DNA of 64,000 bases from assembly GCA_964019335.1 (NCBI GenBank), contig OZ025669.1, positions 1-64,000 on the forward strand. The letters run 5' to 3'. This stretch comes from Diplonema japonicum (Eukaryota > Protista > Euglenozoa: Diplonemea). Below, piece by piece: positions 61,201 to 64,000 of the stretch (positions within the stretch are counted from its first letter, which is position 1; every line of letters begins with the position of its first letter). Below the pieces are notes generated by a model. It made no database searches and was not told the origin of the DNA. It was given only the letters and a program-made list of their open reading frames with translations. Made by a program: the position numbers and the translations under genes.

Positions 61201-64000
61201 TCCCTCCCAGCTTGCAAGGCCTCTGCTTCGTTGATCTTCGCAACAATGTCCTCCCTCAGCTTCTTCGCCCATGCCGGCTCCGCGTCAGCGTCGCCACGTT
61301 CTGCCTCGTTGCGTGCGGGCCTGGATTCCTCTCCCTTCGAGGAGGACGAGGGGCGGACGCTGCTCTCTTCCTTCTCCTCCAAAAGAGCCGTCGGAACAAC
61401 TGGAACTGGAACTGGAACCGGGACCGGGGCTTCAGCCTGAGCCTCAGCTCGAGCTGCTGGAACCTGAACCGGAGCCGACTGAAGCTCTTCCTCCGTCGTC
61501 GCTCCCGCCTTCGCATCTACGCTCGGCTTTTCTTCCTCTGCCTCTGCCCCTGCCTCTGCCTGTGTTCGTGGAGACGATGAACGGGAAGGCGAAGATGACG
61601 ATGACGGCGCGTGCGATGTGGGCTTCTGCTTCTCCGTCCCTGCCTCTTCTTTTCCTTTCGAAACAGCCGGAACCTCAGCCTCAGTCTCAGCCTCAACCTC
61701 GGTCTCAGCCTCAACCTCAACGTTCGCCACGCGTTCATCAACAGCAACAACACCGCTGCTGTCTCTTTCTCCGTCCTTTTGCACCGCTGTCTCCGCCTCC
61801 GCGGGCTGTCCCTCGACTGCCGGCGACGACAACAACGGCGGTGGCGAAGACGGCTGTGTGCCACCCGCGACCTCTTCTTGCTCTTTTTCCTCGGGGGCAG
61901 CAGGAGCGGGGACAGCGGGAGCGGGTGAGGAGGTTGGCACCGAAACGGGCTTCCCTGCCTCAGCCTCATCAGGACCGGGTCCTCGTGCGGCATCGTCGCC
62001 ACCAGCTGCCTCAGCCTGAGGGACAGCTGTCGGTGTGGCGGTGGGAACCGCAGCAGCGGCGGGAGTGGGTGATGTGGGCACAGCGGTCGTACCTGTTTAT
62101 TTTTAATTATTTTGTTTGATTCCCCCTAAAACACACCTGGCTCCAACTCGCGCTCCTCTGCAACCTTCATTTCTTCCTCCTGAAGCGGCGGCCTCGGTCC
62201 CTCCTCTTCGTCCTGCTTTTTCTTTTCTTCCTCCACCACCTGGTCCTTCTCCGGGGCTTCTTCTTCCTCAGGCTGGCTCGCGTGCTCCGATGGAACGCTG
62301 CCCTCAGCAGCACTATCTTCCGTGTCGTCAGAGCCCAGCTCCTCCAGCGCCTTTCGCTTCTCGTCGACCTCTGCACGCAGCGCCGCTTCCCAATCGGCAG
62401 GCCCGGCGGTTGCCTCCGCCTCCGCCTCCGCCTCCATCTCGGGAAGCTCCGAACTCATCCTCTGCAGCGTTCCCTTTTCTTGTTCCATCACTTCTCGGGC
62501 TGCCTTCAGGGATGTCACGTCCTGCACCAGGTCGGGGTTCTCGCCCGCCGACGTGGTATCGGTGCAGCGCGAGCGGCTCGTCGAGGGGGCTGGTCCGTCA
62601 GCCTCTGAGGCGGGGGCGAGGGCTGCAACCTGCTCGGAGAGCACCCGCAGCTGCTCTTCTGCCCTGTCTTGTTTCCAGTCCTTCAGCTCATCCACCCTGG
62701 CCCGCAGGGCGTCCAGCTCATCCTCGAGCTTCTGCCTCGCGAGGTCGTCCGACCCATCGTCCCTCCCAGCTTGCAAGGCCTCTGCTTCGTTGATCTTCGC
62801 AACAATGTCCTCCCTCAGCTTCTTCGCCCATGCCGGCTCCGCGTCAGCGTCGCCACGTTCTGCCTCGTTGCGTGCGGGCCTGGATTCCTCTCCCTTCGAG
62901 GAGGACGAGGGGCGGACGCTGCTCTCTTCCTTCTCCTCCAAAAGAGCCGTCGGAACAACTGGAACTGGAACTGGAACCGGGACCGGGGCTTCAGCCTGAG
63001 CCTCAGCTCGAGCTGCTGGAACCTGAACCGGAGCCGACTGAAGCTCTTCCTCCGTCGTCGCTCCCGCCTTCGCATCTACGCTCGGCTTTTCTTCCTCTGC
63101 CTCTGCCCCTGCCTCTGCCTGTGTTCGTGGAGACGATGAACGGGAAGGCGAAGATGACGATGACGGCGCGTGCGATGTGGGCTTCTGCTTCTCCGTCCCT
63201 GCCTCTTCTTTTCCTTTCGAAACAGCCGGAACCTCAGCCTCAGTCTCAGCCTCAACCTCGGTCTCAGCCTCAACCTCAACGTTCGCCACGCGTTCATCAA
63301 CAGCAACAACACCGCTGCTGTCTCTTTCTCCGTCCTTTTGCACCGCTGTCTCCGCCTCCGCGGGCTGTCCCTCGACTGCCGGCGACGACAACAACGGCGG
63401 TGGCGAAGACGGCTGTGTGCCACCCGCGACCTCTTCTTGCTCTTTTTCCTCGGGGGCAGCAGGAGCGGGGACAGCGGGAGCGGGTGAGGAGGTTGGCACC
63501 GAAACGGGCTTCCCTGCCTCAGCCTCATCAGGACCGGGTCCTCGTGCGGCATCGTCGCCACCAGCTGCCTCAGCCTGAGGGACAGCTGTCGGTGTGGCGG
63601 TGGGAACCGCAGCAGCGGCGGGAGTGGGTGATGTGGGCACAGCGGTCGTACCTGTTTATTTTTAATTATTTTGTTTGATTCCCCCTAAAACACACCTGGC
63701 TCCAACTCGCGCTCCTCTGCAACCTTCATTTCTTCCTCCTGAAGCGGCGGCCTCGGTCCCTCCTCTTCGTCCTGCTTTTTCTTTTCTTCCTCCACCACCT
63801 GGTCCTTCTCCGGGGCTTCTTCTTCCTCAGGCTGGCTCGCGTGCTCCGATGGAACGCTGCCCTCAGCAGCACTATCTTCCGTGTCGTCAGAGCCCAGCTC
63901 CTCCAGCGCCTTTCGCTTCTCGTCGACCTCTGCACGCAGCGCCGCTTCCCAATCGGCAGGCCCGGCGGTTGCCTCCGCCTCCGCCTCCGCCTCCATCTCG
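19232..64000 (-). CDS. Giant acidic repeat protein, 5'-incomplete (more than 14,700 aa in window); last exon 19303-19232, 28.7-kb exon 48061-19341, ten complete 1515-nt repeat exons plus a partial one upstream
   Basis: The 9577-codon ORF and each 504-aa ORF begin with GTG, not ATG. Removing the 44-nt GT-AG intron in each 1559-bp unit (1515 nt = 505 codons) gives ...ELEPG-TTAVPTSP... in frame. A 37-nt intron at 19340-19304 gives the true C-terminus DRSKVQRTNLLGVINHMMTLGLE*. Confidence 0.85.
19304..19340 (-). other. Terminal intron of the giant gene (37 nt, GTATG...TGCAG, phase 0)
   Basis: Same size and 5' GTATG signature as the CFAP57 introns; contains the ORF-track stop. Confidence 0.75.
19881..39850 (-). 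repeat. Coding tandem array: about 72 near-identical units of 273 or 282 bp (91/94 aa, KNDEDEVSNEMRDIAEKISKLE...ESKTP(KTP)KTSTPVQPAS)
   Basis: Unit spacing of 273/282 read from the sequence and the ORF track. Internal units differ only by a 9-bp indel (GGGAGTCTT) and one Ala/Glu SNP. Confidence 0.97.
47337..64000 (-). repeat. Tandem array of 1559-bp exon+intron units (10.7 copies in window, continues beyond it)
   Basis: All ORF coordinates recur every 1559 bp with identical translations; the array merges into unique sequence at 47337. Confidence 0.97.
48062..48105 (-). other. 44-nt phase-1 intron (GTGTGTTTTAG...AAATAAACAG); copies at 49621, 51180, 52739, 54298, 55857, 57416, 58975, 60534, 62093 and 63652 (11 in total)
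   Basis: AT-rich island in GC-rich coding sequence, GT-AG ends, contains the only in-frame stop of the unit, and its removal restores the frame exactly. Confidence 0.88.

Noticed and set aside
48095-63640. Ten separate tandem 504-aa genes
   Set aside because: No ATG start, only 44 nt between ORFs, and a GT-AG intron that restores the frame exactly; better explained as repeated exons.

Overview
Eukaryotic, gene-dense DNA, most likely from a euglenozoan and probably a diplonemid. This is inferred from a BILBO1-type N-terminal domain, all genes lying on the minus strand with spacers as short as about 50 bp, and very short GT-AG introns. From left to right: (1) 89 copies of a G-rich, telomere-like octamer (GGGTTTGC) at 1-713, in the opposite orientation to a normal left telomere. 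(2) A 2.2-kb fragment of a CRE-clade non-LTR retrotransposon (RT, CCHC knuckle, partial restriction-like endonuclease; one frameshift), truncated at both ends and bounded by GGG(G)TTTGC repeats through microhomologies. (3) A decayed coding remnant and a non-coding stretch containing an inverted 1.5-unit copy of the repeat. (4) Six compact genes: a YfaP/DUF2135-like plus BRCT protein, THOC5-like, CFAP57 (five introns of 32-37 nt), a Vps51-(pseudo)kinase fusion, a PDZ-like protein and a BILBO1-NTD protein. (5) One giant gene from 19232 to beyond the window. It has a 28.7-kb exon with about 72 copies of a 91/94-aa repeat. Upstream of that exon are more than 10 apparently identical 1559-bp units, each a 1515-nt exon plus a 44-nt stop-containing intron. 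Spliced, it encodes more than 14,700 aa within the window alone. All family assignments come from motif recognition by eye; no searches were run.
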